Shown here in pieces: positions 40,695 to 51,792 of a stretch of 64,000 nt of DNA. Position 1 is the stretch's first letter. Each line of letters starts with the position of its first letter. This DNA comes from a virus (lineage: Duplodnaviria > Caudoviricetes), in the IMG/VR virus record IMGVR_UViG_3300044557_000107, positions 1 to 64,000 of that record. The stretch is one strand, 5' to 3'. The notes under the pieces are model-generated. The model saw only the letters and a program-made list of their open reading frames with translations. It searched no databases and was not told where the DNA came from. Made by a program: the position numbers and the translations under genes.

Positions 40695-41167
40695 CTAATT
40701 ACCATTTCTGTAATCTTTTCTTTGCTCTGCCCCAAATTGAATCAGCATGTCCCTACGCTGTTCAAATGCTTTTACGAGGTACTGAAGCTGTAAGGAAAGT
40801 CGGTGAGACTCATTAACCTTTATAAGCTGCGCTTGATAACCTGTATCCTGTACAATTAAGGACTCAATATGGTCCTTTGTAGCTCGAATACCTTGCTTGC
40901 TAAGATCATTATAAACTTGATTATAATTATCGGATCTAATTTTGCTTAAAAGATTATTCTCGCTTTCTTCCTGTTCCTTACATATTGTATACACAGATGC
41001 CCAGTAAATATAATTAGAAGCTTGCTTAGTATACTCAATCTCATAGTTATCTGCGTTAAACTTTAAAAGATCTGATATGTTATATTCTTGAGCTTCACCG
41101 TTTTGGTCTACCAAACGGATAATATTAAAATCGAAGTTACCGATAGTTACTGTTATTTTACTCGTCA
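40695..41167 (-). CDS. coiled-coil recombination-mediator-like protein
   Basis: Y.YWAS...LVKAFEQRRDML conserved downstream of pol in this phage group; likely start MTSKI. Confidence 0.6.
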
Positions 41168-41178
41168 TGTTTGTCCCC

Positions 41179-44100
41179 TCATATTTCTTGATATTCATGC
41201 TTACGTTCTTTAAGTTCTTCTAGTCTCTTGTCATAAATATCACTATTTTCTTGGTCATCATCACTGAAATAATTAGAATCCTTTTGGTCGCTTAATTGAC
41301 TTATCTCATAATAGTATTTACAGTAACCTTGTGGTGAATTAAATGTTTTAAAGTCATCATAGTTAAAGTCTACCATATCGTTGTAAGTTAATCCAATAGA
41401 GTCTTCTGCCTCAATAGGGTATCTTACTTTCTTACCATTAATAGTAACTATAAGCCAATCATAAGGTAAGTTTTCCATAATATACTCGGCTTTCTGACCA
41501 GCCTTAGCCGCCTCATCAGCGGGGGAGTCTACTACAACAGAGTCATGAACAGTTAATACTACCCGAGACTTCATTTTGTTATCTATAAAGTATTTATTAA
41601 TGTAATAAATAGCGGTATTAGTTAAGAAAGTCCCAGTTCCTTGAACTATAGTATTTACAGATTGGCGAAGAGCTTTTTTAGATTCCCCCCGATCCCGAGA
41701 CCATATCCCACGAAGCCATCTTCTGAAGCCTGGAACTGTTAAGACATAGCCTTTGTCTTCAACAAACTTGTGGGAGTCATCAATAAACTTCTTCATTTCT
41801 GGCTTAGCATCCATGTACTTTTTTTCAAAGTCTTCGGCTTCTTCTACCGTCTGATTTGTTTGTTTCGCCACCGAAGCAGAACCTCTACCATACAGGATAC
41901 CAAAATTTAAAGACTTTGCGTTTTGACGCATTTGTCGAGTTACTTCATCTTCGGGAATCCCTAAAGCCTGTGCCGCAGTAGCCTTATGAATGTCTTCTCC
42001 ATTAACAAAAGTATCATACATACCTTTATCTCCGGAGATTAACCCCGCAATTCTCATTTCTAGGTTAGCATAATCAATATTGTGAAGAACACCATTAGGG
42101 AACCGGGAAATAAATTCTCGCTTAATAGGATTCTGATAATCGAATCTTCCCACATCTGTAGTTGCATGAGGTAATTGTTGCATATTAGGGTTAGATGCAG
42201 ACAAACGAGATGTTTCAGTTCCGGTCTCTGAAAAAGATCCATGAGAATATCCATCAACATTAGATAAGTGTTTTTTAAGCTTATCTGTAAAATCACTTTT
42301 AAGTGTCTTGACCTTAGCCAATTCAACTAATAAGTTAGCATACTCTTTTTGGAGCTTCGAACCATTATCCTGAATATACTTTAAAGTCGTCTTAGCACTT
42401 AATGAATAATCTTGCCACGTTGCGTCTTCCTTGCTATTCATTTTCTTCCATGCAGAGTCTCCAAAATAATCACTATCAAAAGGAACCTCGGCTTCTAAGA
42501 AATTAAACAAAGCATATCGAATATCAAAAGGAGTTCCTGTAAATCCCAGACTATTTTTAAATTTGTTGCGGTAAACTACTAAATCCTCATCTCGATATCC
42601 AGCTTTTTTGAGTTCTTTAGGATATTTCAAATTACTACCCTTATGCGTATACTCTCGGTATAACTTGTCATATTCCATAAATTTGGCTTTATCTGTATCG
42701 TCCAAATTAGCATCTTTGGCTTTTAGAGGCTTTCCATCAATATCAAACACTAAATGGTACTTAGATTTCTGGAACTCCTTTAGCCCAATATCATACAAAT
42801 TTTGTTTATATTCAATTACTGCTTGAGAAGCAGGAAGATTAGTTAATTCTTTCATGAGCCGATCATACTCATTTTGATAAGACTCTTGTAAATTATTCAT
42901 ATAGTCTATATCTACCGCAATCCCAAAGTTTTGAATCCATACTAGGCCTAATACAATTTTAGGATAAAAGTTAAGCCATAAATCGAGAATCTTATGTTGA
43001 GGGTCCTCTGTATCACTCAACATATAATTTTTCTCCCATTGACAACATCTATAGGTCGCTACAGCATCTCCGCAAGCATAGGGTGTCATAATACTTAATG
43101 GAATCCAATCATAGTTAAACTTACCACCATCGACCTCGTTTACTAGCATGTTTGCCATAGACTCATGCCGGTGCTCATTAATTTGCGGAATAATAATAGG
43201 AATTAAAAGCTTATTTATAATTTCGTCTTGGTTAAACTTGTATTTATTAAAAATACTTAGATCAGTATTTTCTAGAATAGATGGAACGTCTGCATCTGAT
43301 AACATTATACTATCCTTAAGTTGTTCTTTTTTAACTTTATACAGCTCATCCTTTTTATCTAAATTATCTTGAGCTTCCTTAATCTTGCCTTTAAGAATCT
43401 CATAAGCCCCTTTGAGTAATACTTGACTAACCCATTTATGGAAATCTTCCAATGGATCATCGTAACCACCCATATCAGTAAGCTCTTTAGATAAATCAGT
43501 AAGTCTTAGAGATTCTTTTACAGCCTGATTAATGGTTAAATAATAACCATCTTTAGTATCTATAACTTTGTTGAAATTAAAATTATAGTCTTTAAAAGTA
43601 TACATGATCATGCTTAAATCATATTTAGAGTTATGCATTACCTTGTAATTGTTATTAGCATAAATTTGAGCAATCTTTTTAATAATATTGTTTAATTGAT
43701 CAGAACTCCATCCTTTGAAATCTCGATGGTAAATTGGAATTTCATATCCAGTATTGGGGTCCATAGCTATGGTAAATACCAGTATTTTTGCTCCTTTAGT
43801 ATAGGCGTCCAAAGTATTAGTTTCCGTATCTAAAGCAACCAAAGGACTGTTAATAGCCTTATTTAGTACTTCCATTGTTTTATCATAATCATCTAAGAAA
43901 ACACTTTTATATCCTCCTAGATTACTATCAATAGAACCATCCAAAAGATAATCTTTAATATAAGCAAAACCAATATTACGCTTAAACGCTAAATTGGGGT
44001 CTAAATCAATACGTTCTTGAGAATAAATAGGAATAGTCCATTTAGTGCTTTTACTATCAGTCTTCAGGGATCGAGGAAAACTATAATCTACTTTAGAAAA

Positions 44101-44445
44101 CCCCAAATATTTCATACAAGCAATTCCCAAAGGACCTGTAGGGATTACAAGATCTACCTCAGAATCTATAACTTTACTACGTAGTCTCTCATAATAAGGT
44201 TCCATAGAAGATAACTTAGCTTTAGGGACATTATAAGACGTAATATTTCCGTAATAGTCTCTGTTTTTAACTTCTGGTATTTTCGTATAAACATAATCAA
44301 ATACATAATCTTTATTGTATATCATACCAATAGACTTCAAAACCTTAATAAATTCTTTTCCCGTATTGGATTTTGCATAGTCTAATTTACCATCAGCAAA
44401 ATAGTCCTGACGTAAGTATTCTATTAAAACTAAAACTTTAGGCAT
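41179..44445 (-). CDS. polA: family A DNA polymerase with 3'-5' exonuclease and N-terminal UDG-like domain
   Basis: ALDTET, HNSKYD, TETSRLSASNPNMQQ, DYANLEMR, RQNAKSLNFGILYG, TVHDS; likely start MPKVLV. Confidence 0.95.
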   Translation of the reverse strand: MPKVLVLIEYLRQDYFADGKLDYAKSNTGKEFIKVLKSIGMIYNKDYVFDYVYTKIPEVKNRDYYGNITSYNVPKAKLSSMEPYYERLRSKVIDSEVDLVIPTGPLGIACMKYLGFSKVDYSFPRSLKTDSKSTKWTIPIYSQERIDLDPNLAFKRNIGFAYIKDYLLDGSIDSNLGGYKSVFLDDYDKTMEVLNKAINSPLVALDTETNTLDAYTKGAKILVFTIAMDPNTGYEIPIYHRDFKGWSSDQLNNIIKKIAQIYANNNYKVMHNSKYDLSMIMYTFKDYNFNFNKVIDTKDGYYLTINQAVKESLRLTDLSKELTDMGGYDDPLEDFHKWVSQVLLKGAYEILKGKIKEAQDNLDKKDELYKVKKEQLKDSIMLSDADVPSILENTDLSIFNKYKFNQDEIINKLLIPIIIPQINEHRHESMANMLVNEVDGGKFNYDWIPLSIMTPYACGDAVATYRCCQWEKNYMLSDTEDPQHKILDLWLNFYPKIVLGLVWIQNFGIAVDIDYMNNLQESYQNEYDRLMKELTNLPASQAVIEYKQNLYDIGLKEFQKSKYHLVFDIDGKPLKAKDANLDDTDKAKFMEYDKLYREYTHKGSNLKYPKELKKAGYRDEDLVVYRNKFKNSLGFTGTPFDIRYALFNFLEAEVPFDSDYFGDSAWKKMNSKEDATWQDYSLSAKTTLKYIQDNGSKLQKEYANLLVELAKVKTLKSDFTDKLKKHLSNVDGYSHGSFSETGTETSRLSASNPNMQQLPHATTDVGRFDYQNPIKREFISRFPNGVLHNIDYANLEMRIAGLISGDKGMYDTFVNGEDIHKATAAQALGIPEDEVTRQMRQNAKSLNFGILYGRGSASVAKQTNQTVEEAEDFEKKYMDAKPEMKKFIDDSHKFVEDKGYVLTVPGFRRWLRGIWSRDRGESKKALRQSVNTIVQGTGTFLTNTAIYYINKYFIDNKMKSRVVLTVHDSVVVDSPADEAAKAGQKAEYIMENLPYDWLIVTINGKKVRYPIEAEDSIGLTYNDMVDFNYDDFKTFNSPQGYCKYYYEISQLSDQKDSNYFSDDDQENSDIYDKRLEELKERKHEYQEI

Positions 44446-44469
44446 TATATTACCAACTTTCTTAATTAT

Positions 44470-44508
44470 ACTAAAATAAGGGTACCACAAAGGTATCCTT
44501 AAGTCAAG
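44470..44508 (-). promoter_or_regulatory. promoter overlapped by a palindrome, upstream of the polymerase
   Basis: TTGACT-N17-TACCCT overlapping TAAGGATACC-N5-GGTACCCTTA; near-identical copy at 52866-52898. Confidence 0.55.
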
Positions 44509-44516
44509 TTAAAATA

Positions 44517-45290
44517 TTAATTTTGTTTTAATGCCTGATCTAGGCTAATCTTATGCCCATGACTAACAACATTCCCTTGATCACAGTCTCTATAGTAATT
44601 CAACAGAGCCTTTTCAGATACATTATTTGCTACTAATTGAATTCCCATACCCCACACTGATAGTGGCTGTTGCATAATCTTAAAGCATCTGAACTTATCC
44701 TCGGAATTAAGCAAGTAACTATCATTTACTTTATGATAATATCTTTCGCTATCTTTTGTAAGTTGAGACTCTTGCTTGCTTGGAAAGTTTAAAATTATTT
44801 GATCAACATTTGTATGAACTTGATACAGTCCAAAAAGAAGTTGTTCCGGGTCATCTTCTGGGAGACTGATATTAAGACTTAAAATAACTTCGGTAGCTTT
44901 AAAGGCTTCCTGAATATTAGTGACCATATCACCATATTCTTGATACTTATCCCATAAGTAAACTAAAGTCCCATTGGAGTACCTATTAAAAATATCCATG
45001 ATCTCTACAGGAATTGTATCTTCTGTATAAACATAAATATGAGCTACCTTTGGAGCCATTAATTCAATTAATTCAATATCCTTTTCAGTAGTACTATAAA
45101 ACTCATAAACGTCATTTAGATGCTCTAAATGATCAATTACAGAACCTTCAGTATTACTAAATACCTTTTTCAGACTATCAAAGTTTGCCTCAGTAACTTT
45201 TTGGCGTAATGCATAGTCACTAGGAATAACTAAGTTAAGATTATATTTATGGGTTGTATTATAGATTACTGGACGTTTCTGCTTTACCAT
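44517..45290 (-). CDS. conserved hypothetical protein
   Basis: 257-aa ORF in the replication block. Confidence 0.7.
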   Translation of the reverse strand: MVKQKRPVIYNTTHKYNLNLVIPSDYALRQKVTEANFDSLKKVFSNTEGSVIDHLEHLNDVYEFYSTTEKDIELIELMAPKVAHIYVYTEDTIPVEIMDIFNRYSNGTLVYLWDKYQEYGDMVTNIQEAFKATEVILSLNISLPEDDPEQLLFGLYQVHTNVDQIILNFPSKQESQLTKDSERYYHKVNDSYLLNSEDKFRCFKIMQQPLSVWGMGIQLVANNVSEKALLNYYRDCDQGNVVSHGHKISLDQALKQN

Positions 45291-45549
45291 GATCCTTTAC
45301 CTTTGCTTTCCATGCTTTTATTTTCCCAATATTAAAGTCGTTCCATTCATCTACTTTTACGCCATCTTTGAATATCCTAACTAAGGGCGCCGATAGCATA
45401 TTAAGTTTATCCATATAGGATATCACATCACTATTAGTATTGCTCATTCGATCTATTAACTCCATATCAACAGGCATTGGGCTTAACTGCATCTCCGTAA
45501 GACGACATTTTTGACAACCTTTGGTATGAAATATTTGTGCAGTATACAT
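45259..45549 (-). CDS. NrdH/glutaredoxin-like redoxin
   Basis: CQKC, SAPLV, WNDFN. Confidence 0.85.
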   Translation of the reverse strand: MYTAQIFHTKGCQKCRLTEMQLSPMPVDMELIDRMSNTNSDVISYMDKLNMLSAPLVRIFKDGVKVDEWNDFNIGKIKAWKAKVKDHGKAETSSNL

Positions 45550-45577
45550 TTAATCAAATCCCCTTGTATGCACTATA

Positions 45578-46102
45578 TCAAACAAACAAGTAGGGTAGAT
45601 CCAGTCTTTTAAGTAGCTGATTCGTTAACTTCTTATAGTCCTTTGTAACATCTTTAGGAATATTGCTCATGTAATGAAGATAGTTAATGTACACGTCATC
45701 TTTAATTAAATTCTGGGGGTATCCTAAGTTACTTGCTAGTTTCTTATAGTGCTCTTTTATATATTTATATAGCTCTATTAATTTAGTTGATTCTATCGAA
45801 AAATCTAAATTAAATTTAAATAGCTTAGGAACAACATCCAAAGCAAGTATGATCTGGCCAACAGCATCTAGTATAAACTGATATTGATACTGGTCGTCAC
45901 TAGATTTAATACTTGAAGAGTCTAAAAGTATCTTCGATACCTGATCATAGTATTCCCATGGTTCAATTGGACTTGGAAGATCTTTAAGTATATTATTAAG
46001 ACCAAAATTCTCAAAAATAGGCTTAGAATTAGGAATATCTTCTATAAGTTTATTATAGTAAGACTGCCATGTCGTATATTTAAAAGACGTCATTAATATC
46101 AA
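45578..46102 (-). CDS. hypothetical protein
   Basis: 174-aa ORF. Confidence 0.65.
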   Translation of the reverse strand: MILMTSFKYTTWQSYYNKLIEDIPNSKPIFENFGLNNILKDLPSPIEPWEYYDQVSKILLDSSSIKSSDDQYQYQFILDAVGQIILALDVVPKLFKFNLDFSIESTKLIELYKYIKEHYKKLASNLGYPQNLIKDDVYINYLHYMSNIPKDVTKDYKKLTNQLLKRLDLPYLFV

Positions 46103-46733
46103 CTTCCTTTGTTAAACCCGGTGAATCTTTAGACTCTTCTAAAGAAATAGGACTGCTACAATCCCATTTATCCTTATCGTTTAGTATACTTTTCTGATAC
46201 CCCAAGTATTCTGATAAGTCTTGGACCTCTAAAAAATCGTCTAAGTCCATCAATAAAGTTTGAGAACTTCTGCGGTCTTCTCCTAGAGTATAATAGAATA
46301 GGTTATTACGAATAACATAATAATTGTCACGAATGTTATCAAGCAGTTCTGCATTATAAGGAAACACAATGTAGTTATGAGTATGGTAACCTGCGTAAAC
46401 TAGCAAAGGAACACTATGACTTGCGATAGATTCCCGCATTGTTTGGGACCACCATGTTTCCTCTTTACAAGTATCTCTAAATTGGTAAGTGTGGTAGCAG
46501 TAATGCTCGATTGAGGCATTATCATACTTTTTACATTCGATCAAAGAGTGCCATTCTGGTATCTCAGTAGTCATCACGTCACCATAAACATCTGGAGACC
46601 AATGTAAAGACCCTGAAGCGGGGGTTGAATGAAAATCCTTATTAGCCCAGTCCGAAAATTTGTGTGCAATAACATTCTGGTAGCTAAAACCTTTTGAATG
46701 TGCATCATGCCCTACTTTTGATCTTGACACCAT
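46080..46733 (-). CDS. Holliday junction resolvase-like nuclease
   Basis: KGFSYQ...TPASG...GD...IECK...WWSQ. Confidence 0.8.
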   Translation of the reverse strand: MVSRSKVGHDAHSKGFSYQNVIAHKFSDWANKDFHSTPASGSLHWSPDVYGDVMTTEIPEWHSLIECKKYDNASIEHYCYHTYQFRDTCKEETWWSQTMRESIASHSVPLLVYAGYHTHNYIVFPYNAELLDNIRDNYYVIRNNLFYYTLGEDRRSSQTLLMDLDDFLEVQDLSEYLGYQKSILNDKDKWDCSSPISLEESKDSPGLTKEVDINDVF

Positions 46734-46738
46734 AATAA

Positions 46739-47432
46739 CTACTTCTTATCTTCTTGCTGTTTGCTTACTTCTTTGTCTAAAGCATCTGAAATCCGCGAAT
46801 AATATTCTTTGTATTTTTCAACGGCGGCTTCAATCTTTTCTTTGGGAACAGTATCATCAATAATGTATTCTAGAATCGTGAGCTCTTTGTTAATATGATT
46901 GAGAAACTTTTCGTTTTGCATTCCGAGTCCCGCATAAAATTCATAAACGTCCCCTAAATTAACAGACTTACGCCGTAAGAACTCATATTCTTCTTTGTTA
47001 GTATCATCTACTCCATCGGTGACAATCTTAAAGAACTTATTAAGATCCCCATCATCAAGTTGCTTTTTCTGTAATTGCTTAATTTGTTCATTCGATAATT
47101 TATTCTTCATTTTTGCTGTCTTCACCTTTCAAGAATGAGTCAATCCCATCTTCTGTTTGCTTATCTAGCAGTTTAATGTCTTCTGCTTGACGAGCAGTAA
47201 TTACTTTACTCTTTTCAAGCACACTTAAAATATTACTATGTTTGAGTTCGGCTTCTTTCTGAAAAGCTTTAATCAGTACAGTCATATTATAAATGCTATA
47301 GCTAACTGCATTTTCAATATCTTTCCAGGTCGCCGTTTTGTCACCAAAGGACTTTTCTAAATGTGCTACTTTTTCTTTGTCTTTATTCATCAGAGCAGTT
47401 TTAAGCTCTTCAATATACTCTTCGATACTCAA
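46739..47432 (-). other. two acidic hypothetical genes (46739-47125, 47100-47432)
   Basis: Syntenic after primase. Confidence 0.7.
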
Positions 47433-47468
47433 AATATCACCTCAACTTAATTATAACATACATCGTCT

Positions 47469-48536
47469 TTAGTTAAGACCAAATAGCATAGCACTCTTTA
47501 CAGAATATTTTACTTTATAGTCTCTAATTATACTATAAATTCTATCCTTACCCAGACTATTTGCGTCTCTATTTGTAGAATTAAATACCATGTATACATT
47601 AGGATGCTGTCTGGAAATCCTTTTAGCCAACTCAATCATAATGTTTTTGGCGTCCATGTCAAGCAGTACTATGATAGGCGTTTCTTTTGGTACTGATGAG
47701 CATATCAAGTCTACTTGCTCATTTGAAACAGATTTACCGAAGGTAGCTACTGCGGGTGCCCCTAACGTAATCGCATCTGGAACCCCTTCTGTTACGATTA
47801 AATAGGGTTGGCTTTTAGCAACATTTAAATTAAAAACACAGTTTCTTTTAGAATAATGACCCTCTATTTCTGGTGCGTTTTTAGCTTTAACTGGGGACTT
47901 AACAATAGATCTTGTATTCCAGTAAATGGGAAGACCCTGGAAATCGTAAGTGGTAAATATAAGAGACTTGTAAATACTTGTTAAGTAATTCCCATCTAAA
48001 TCATATACTCTAGAAAATGGACAGTATCCTATGTGGTAACTTCGAATATCCTCTATGGAAAACCCTCGGGATTGACAGTAAGCAAAATATGGATATGCTT
48101 CCGGATTATATAAATTGTCTTCAAGAAGTTTAAATTCAGTTGGGAAAATCGTAGGATATATACTATTAATTGCTTGACCATCTAAATTAGATTCATTTTT
48201 TAGTATCCCTGTGTTACTTTCTAAAGCAAGAATTAATTGTTCCTTATCACTGGATTCCGGATTATAATTACGACTATCAAAACCTGCACCATAGTTAATT
48301 GCAATATCTTTTGCATTATTAAACCCGATGTTGTTTATCTTCATAATAAATTGGATAAAATTACCTGATTCTTTACAATGCTTACAATCCCATAATCCTA
48401 CACGTTCACTACCTTCATCTGTATTTACATAGAACTTATAATTACTTTCATGGCAAAAAGGACACAAATATCTTGTTTGACCAGAATTTGTGTCCATGCT
48501 TGTTCCTAATTGTTCATCAAAATAATCTTTAATCAA
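47469..48536 (-). CDS. DNA primase
   Basis: CPFC...CKHC zinc finger; TOPRIM motifs VTEGVPDA and LDMDA. Confidence 0.92.
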   Translation of the reverse strand: MIKDYFDEQLGTSMDTNSGQTRYLCPFCHESNYKFYVNTDEGSERVGLWDCKHCKESGNFIQFIMKINNIGFNNAKDIAINYGAGFDSRNYNPESSDKEQLILALESNTGILKNESNLDGQAINSIYPTIFPTEFKLLEDNLYNPEAYPYFAYCQSRGFSIEDIRSYHIGYCPFSRVYDLDGNYLTSIYKSLIFTTYDFQGLPIYWNTRSIVKSPVKAKNAPEIEGHYSKRNCVFNLNVAKSQPYLIVTEGVPDAITLGAPAVATFGKSVSNEQVDLICSSVPKETPIIVLLDMDAKNIMIELAKRISRQHPNVYMVFNSTNRDANSLGKDRIYSIIRDYKVKYSVKSAMLFGLN

Positions 48537-48544
48537 GGAAACAC

Positions 48545-48882
48545 CTCGCTACAATAAACTTATAAAATATTGCTAATATAAGTCTAAATTCCTGCTTCTT
48601 CCTATCCCTGTTCTACTATTAGATTAGTAATAGCTACTTAGGTTTGTATAATAGCCCACAAGCGTAAATTCCCGTTTAGCCAGCGGTACATATTTAAGTA
48701 GCAGTCTAATAAGCTAACTTGAATTTAGAAGTGTTACAGATATTCTCACTAGCGTTAATATCTCTATCTAGGTGCGAACAACAATTGGGACAATCCCACT
48801 TTCTCACACTAAGGAATCGTTGTCCCATTGTTCTAAAGGCTTCGTTATAGAAGCCACATTGTGAGCATGTTTTAGAGCTAGG
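48545..48882 (-). pseudogene. tnpB: 3' remnant of a second, different tnpB with its own omegaRNA-like tail (IS607/IS1341-like)
   Basis: PSSKTCSQCG...WDCPNC..HLDRDINASENI followed by GTACCGCTGGCTAAACGGGAATTTACGCTTGTGG...GAAGCAGGAA. Confidence 0.75.
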
Positions 48883-49133
48883 GTGAACCACTCGTTACTA
48901 AAGTAACGAGCTTCTAGGAACACTGCATACTTGGGTACCCTAAAGTACCTAGAGGTTACAGCTATTTACTAAGGGTCGTCCCGACCCATATTAGTTTACT
49001 TTAAGATTCTTAAGTAACTTATTAAGATACTTGGTTTTCGCATCTAAGGTTACCTAAGTTCTTTATGGTTCTTAGTATACTACTAGTTGATTCATCACGT
49101 AACTAAAGTAACGTGTTTTATCAACTTTTATTT
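48883..49133 (-). mobile_element. 251-bp non-autonomous IS200/IS605 derivative C (omegaRNA cassette)
   Basis: TTTAT target (49138-49134), left-end hairpin CACGTTACTTTAGTTACGTG, scaffold shared with element A, right-end hairpin, TTCAC end. Confidence 0.85.
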
Positions 49134-49141
49134 ATAAATAA

Positions 49142-49828
49142 TTAGTTACTGTTGCTTACCTTCTTAACTTTCCGGCATTCCTGTAGCATATTGTATAGTG
49201 ACTGTAACTGATAAATTTTAAATTCTGTTTCTTTAGAAAGAACTACGTTTTTACCACTAGTCCCTTCACTAATTCCCAAAGGATATCCCTTGAAACGGTC
49301 CCCAGTAATTAAACTGTAAAGTAACATAACACCTTCACCGTGTGTATATGTTGGTAAAACATCTAAAAATCCTTGACTGATGTAAGCCCCATCTAAGATA
49401 TAGTCTATTTCAGAATTAATGGTTTTTATGCTCGACATAACATCTTCCATAGTATAACTACTGGGGTCATCAAGCCATGTAATAATAGAATATTCTTGTG
49501 ACCAAAATTTTAAATTTGAATTTGCCTTCTTAACACATTCAATAACATTATTACTTAATTTAGGCAACTCTTTAGCTTTCTGAGTGTTACCAATTTCTTT
49601 ATAAGCTGGGTCTTCATACCCTTTCAAATATTTAACATTTCGAGATAAATACACATCGTTAATTTTAGTATTTGTATAAAGATCGTATTGAAAGTTGCAT
49701 GGGTACCAATTGGGTAGTGTGTCATAGTCAAAATTAAATTCTGTACTAGGTCCCTTTTCAAATTTCGAGTAAATTGTTGCATGTCCTTGTAAATTTCCAG
49801 ATTCATCTAAATAATAATTCGTTCTCAT
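49142..49828 (-). CDS. hypothetical protein
   Basis: 228-aa ORF between the nuclease and primase genes. Confidence 0.7.
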   Translation of the reverse strand: MRTNYYLDESGNLQGHATIYSKFEKGPSTEFNFDYDTLPNWYPCNFQYDLYTNTKINDVYLSRNVKYLKGYEDPAYKEIGNTQKAKELPKLSNNVIECVKKANSNLKFWSQEYSIITWLDDPSSYTMEDVMSSIKTINSEIDYILDGAYISQGFLDVLPTYTHGEGVMLLYSLITGDRFKGYPLGISEGTSGKNVVLSKETEFKIYQLQSLYNMLQECRKVKKVSNSN

Positions 49829-49894
49829 AATTAGTCCCTCTAATTCCGTTTTCTTTATTATATCCTTTATCTTGCAGAAAATCTACCCAGTACC

Positions 49895-51787
49895 TCACTT
49901 GACTGTGGAATTACCATCAATGTCTTTAGACACCGTAATAATATTATCAAAGGAACTTTTAAGTGCATCGTTATGTGACACCACAAAAACAGAGTCTAAG
50001 GTAGCATAGTTAGTATGTAGCATCTCCATTACATATTCCATGCCAATGCTATCAAGCCCATCAAAACATTCGTCATAAATAGCAATATTGAAATTAGACT
50101 GGCTTTGTTTAGCAATTAAATCTCGTATTGCAAAACTAATCGCAAGATCTACGCGTTTCCGCTCTCCTGTAGACGCGTTCTTGTACATTAGATTTTCACC
50201 TTTCATATCAAAAAGTGATATATCAAATTTTTCTTTGATGTCCCCTGATTTATTAGTACTCTGAGTTGATAAATGCATAGTCATAGTTTCACCAGTTAGC
50301 TGAGACAAATACTTATTTGCCTGAGCATCCAGAAACGGAGTAATAGCCTGCAAAACATATGATCGAATACCCGAATTTGAAAATATCTTTTTAGCAACTA
50401 ACCCATATTCTTCGATATCCTTATCAAGTTCCTTATGATCTTTAACCATTTTGCTTAAAGATTCTTGATATTTCTTAATTTCATCTTCCCAGTTTACTAG
50501 TGAATTTAACTGAACTAGTAAGTTATCATGCTTACGTTGTTCGTCTTCAACTTGACGCTCTCTGTTTTGCAAGTCATTGTTTAACTGTTGAACGCGCTTA
50601 ATAGACTCCTGAATATTACTATTAAGTTCTCCATATCCGGATAAACTATCCTTTACTTTATTGAATTTAAATTCAAGATCTTTCTTTTTATCTTCCAAGG
50701 GACCTAAACTATTTACTTTATCTAAATAATCCTTTTTAATTTGAACTCCTTGCTGAGTTATTCTGTCAATTTCTTGTTTGCGATGTGCTTCGTCTAGGAT
50801 TGCTCCACACCATGGACAAGTTTTTTGATAAGAACTTTCAGAATACTGATTTCGGAGTTCTACCAACTTACTCTGTAAATCTGAAACTTGGTAATTAATT
50901 TGTGAAATATCATTAGATACCTTACTAATATCAGAGCTAATATCTTGATAATCTTGTTGATACTGCTTATAACTATCAATACTTCTTTGCCATACTACTT
51001 GCTGAGCATTTTCCTCGGCTATTTGTCTACTATAGTCAACCTTAAAATTAGAAAGACTCTTGTTTAATAATTCTTTATTACTCAGGGATTCTTGCAACTT
51101 TTGATTTATTTCTTTCGACTTATCCTCAGTTTCCTGTTGCTTATCAGAAAGTTGTTCAATAGTGTGCGTACTACTATTTATTTTTGCTTGAAGCACTTGT
51201 GACTTTGTATCTAATTCTTTATATTTATTTAATGCAATTTCGTGAGCTTTATCATAGATAGACAGTTTAGCGATATTCTCTAAAATATCCTTTTTTTGGC
51301 TATCTGAAGCATCTGCAAATAAGGGAACCGTATCTGATTTTCCTACATGAATTCCTGTTATATATGTTTCATAGTCTGTGCCAATTACTTGCTGAATATG
51401 CTGATCGGTCTTAGCTGTAGTGGCTTCTGTAATTTCTTCACCATTAGCATACAATAATACTCGATTATGATTAGTTTTGTCCTTACGATAACGTTCAATC
51501 CTATACTTGGTATTACTTTCAGTATCTACAAAATCAAGTTTTACATAAGTTCCTTTAGCAAAATTTCGATTAATAATATCATCAGACTTAAGACCATTAA
51601 TCGTTTTCCCATATAGTGCATACGTGATGGAACCAATTAATGAAGACTTGCCACTTCCGTTACTATCTAGGCCTTCAGCCAAACTATTTTCACCGGTAAT
51701 TAAAGTAATTCCCTGGTTATCTAATGGCAAAATTGCGTGATGGAACGAAAGAAAATTATTTAATTCTACTTGTGTTAACTTAATCAT
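49895..51787 (-). CDS. SbcC/Rad50-like (gp46-like) ATPase
   Basis: SNGSGKS, coiled coil, CPWC zinc hook, STGERKR signature, YDECFDGLD. Confidence 0.93.
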   Translation of the reverse strand: MIKLTQVELNNFLSFHHAILPLDNQGITLITGENSLAEGLDSNGSGKSSLIGSITYALYGKTINGLKSDDIINRNFAKGTYVKLDFVDTESNTKYRIERYRKDKTNHNRVLLYANGEEITEATTAKTDQHIQQVIGTDYETYITGIHVGKSDTVPLFADASDSQKKDILENIAKLSIYDKAHEIALNKYKELDTKSQVLQAKINSSTHTIEQLSDKQQETEDKSKEINQKLQESLSNKELLNKSLSNFKVDYSRQIAEENAQQVVWQRSIDSYKQYQQDYQDISSDISKVSNDISQINYQVSDLQSKLVELRNQYSESSYQKTCPWCGAILDEAHRKQEIDRITQQGVQIKKDYLDKVNSLGPLEDKKKDLEFKFNKVKDSLSGYGELNSNIQESIKRVQQLNNDLQNRERQVEDEQRKHDNLLVQLNSLVNWEDEIKKYQESLSKMVKDHKELDKDIEEYGLVAKKIFSNSGIRSYVLQAITPFLDAQANKYLSQLTGETMTMHLSTQSTNKSGDIKEKFDISLFDMKGENLMYKNASTGERKRVDLAISFAIRDLIAKQSQSNFNIAIYDECFDGLDSIGMEYVMEMLHTNYATLDSVFVVSHNDALKSSFDNIITVSKDIDGNSTVK

Positions 51788-51792
51788 CTGCT

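Noticed and set aside
41179-44445. Group I introns or inteins in the polymerase (also checked recA and endolysin)
   Set aside because: The ORFs are continuous. The polymerase has insertions, but no intein terminal motifs or homing endonuclease signatures were seen.
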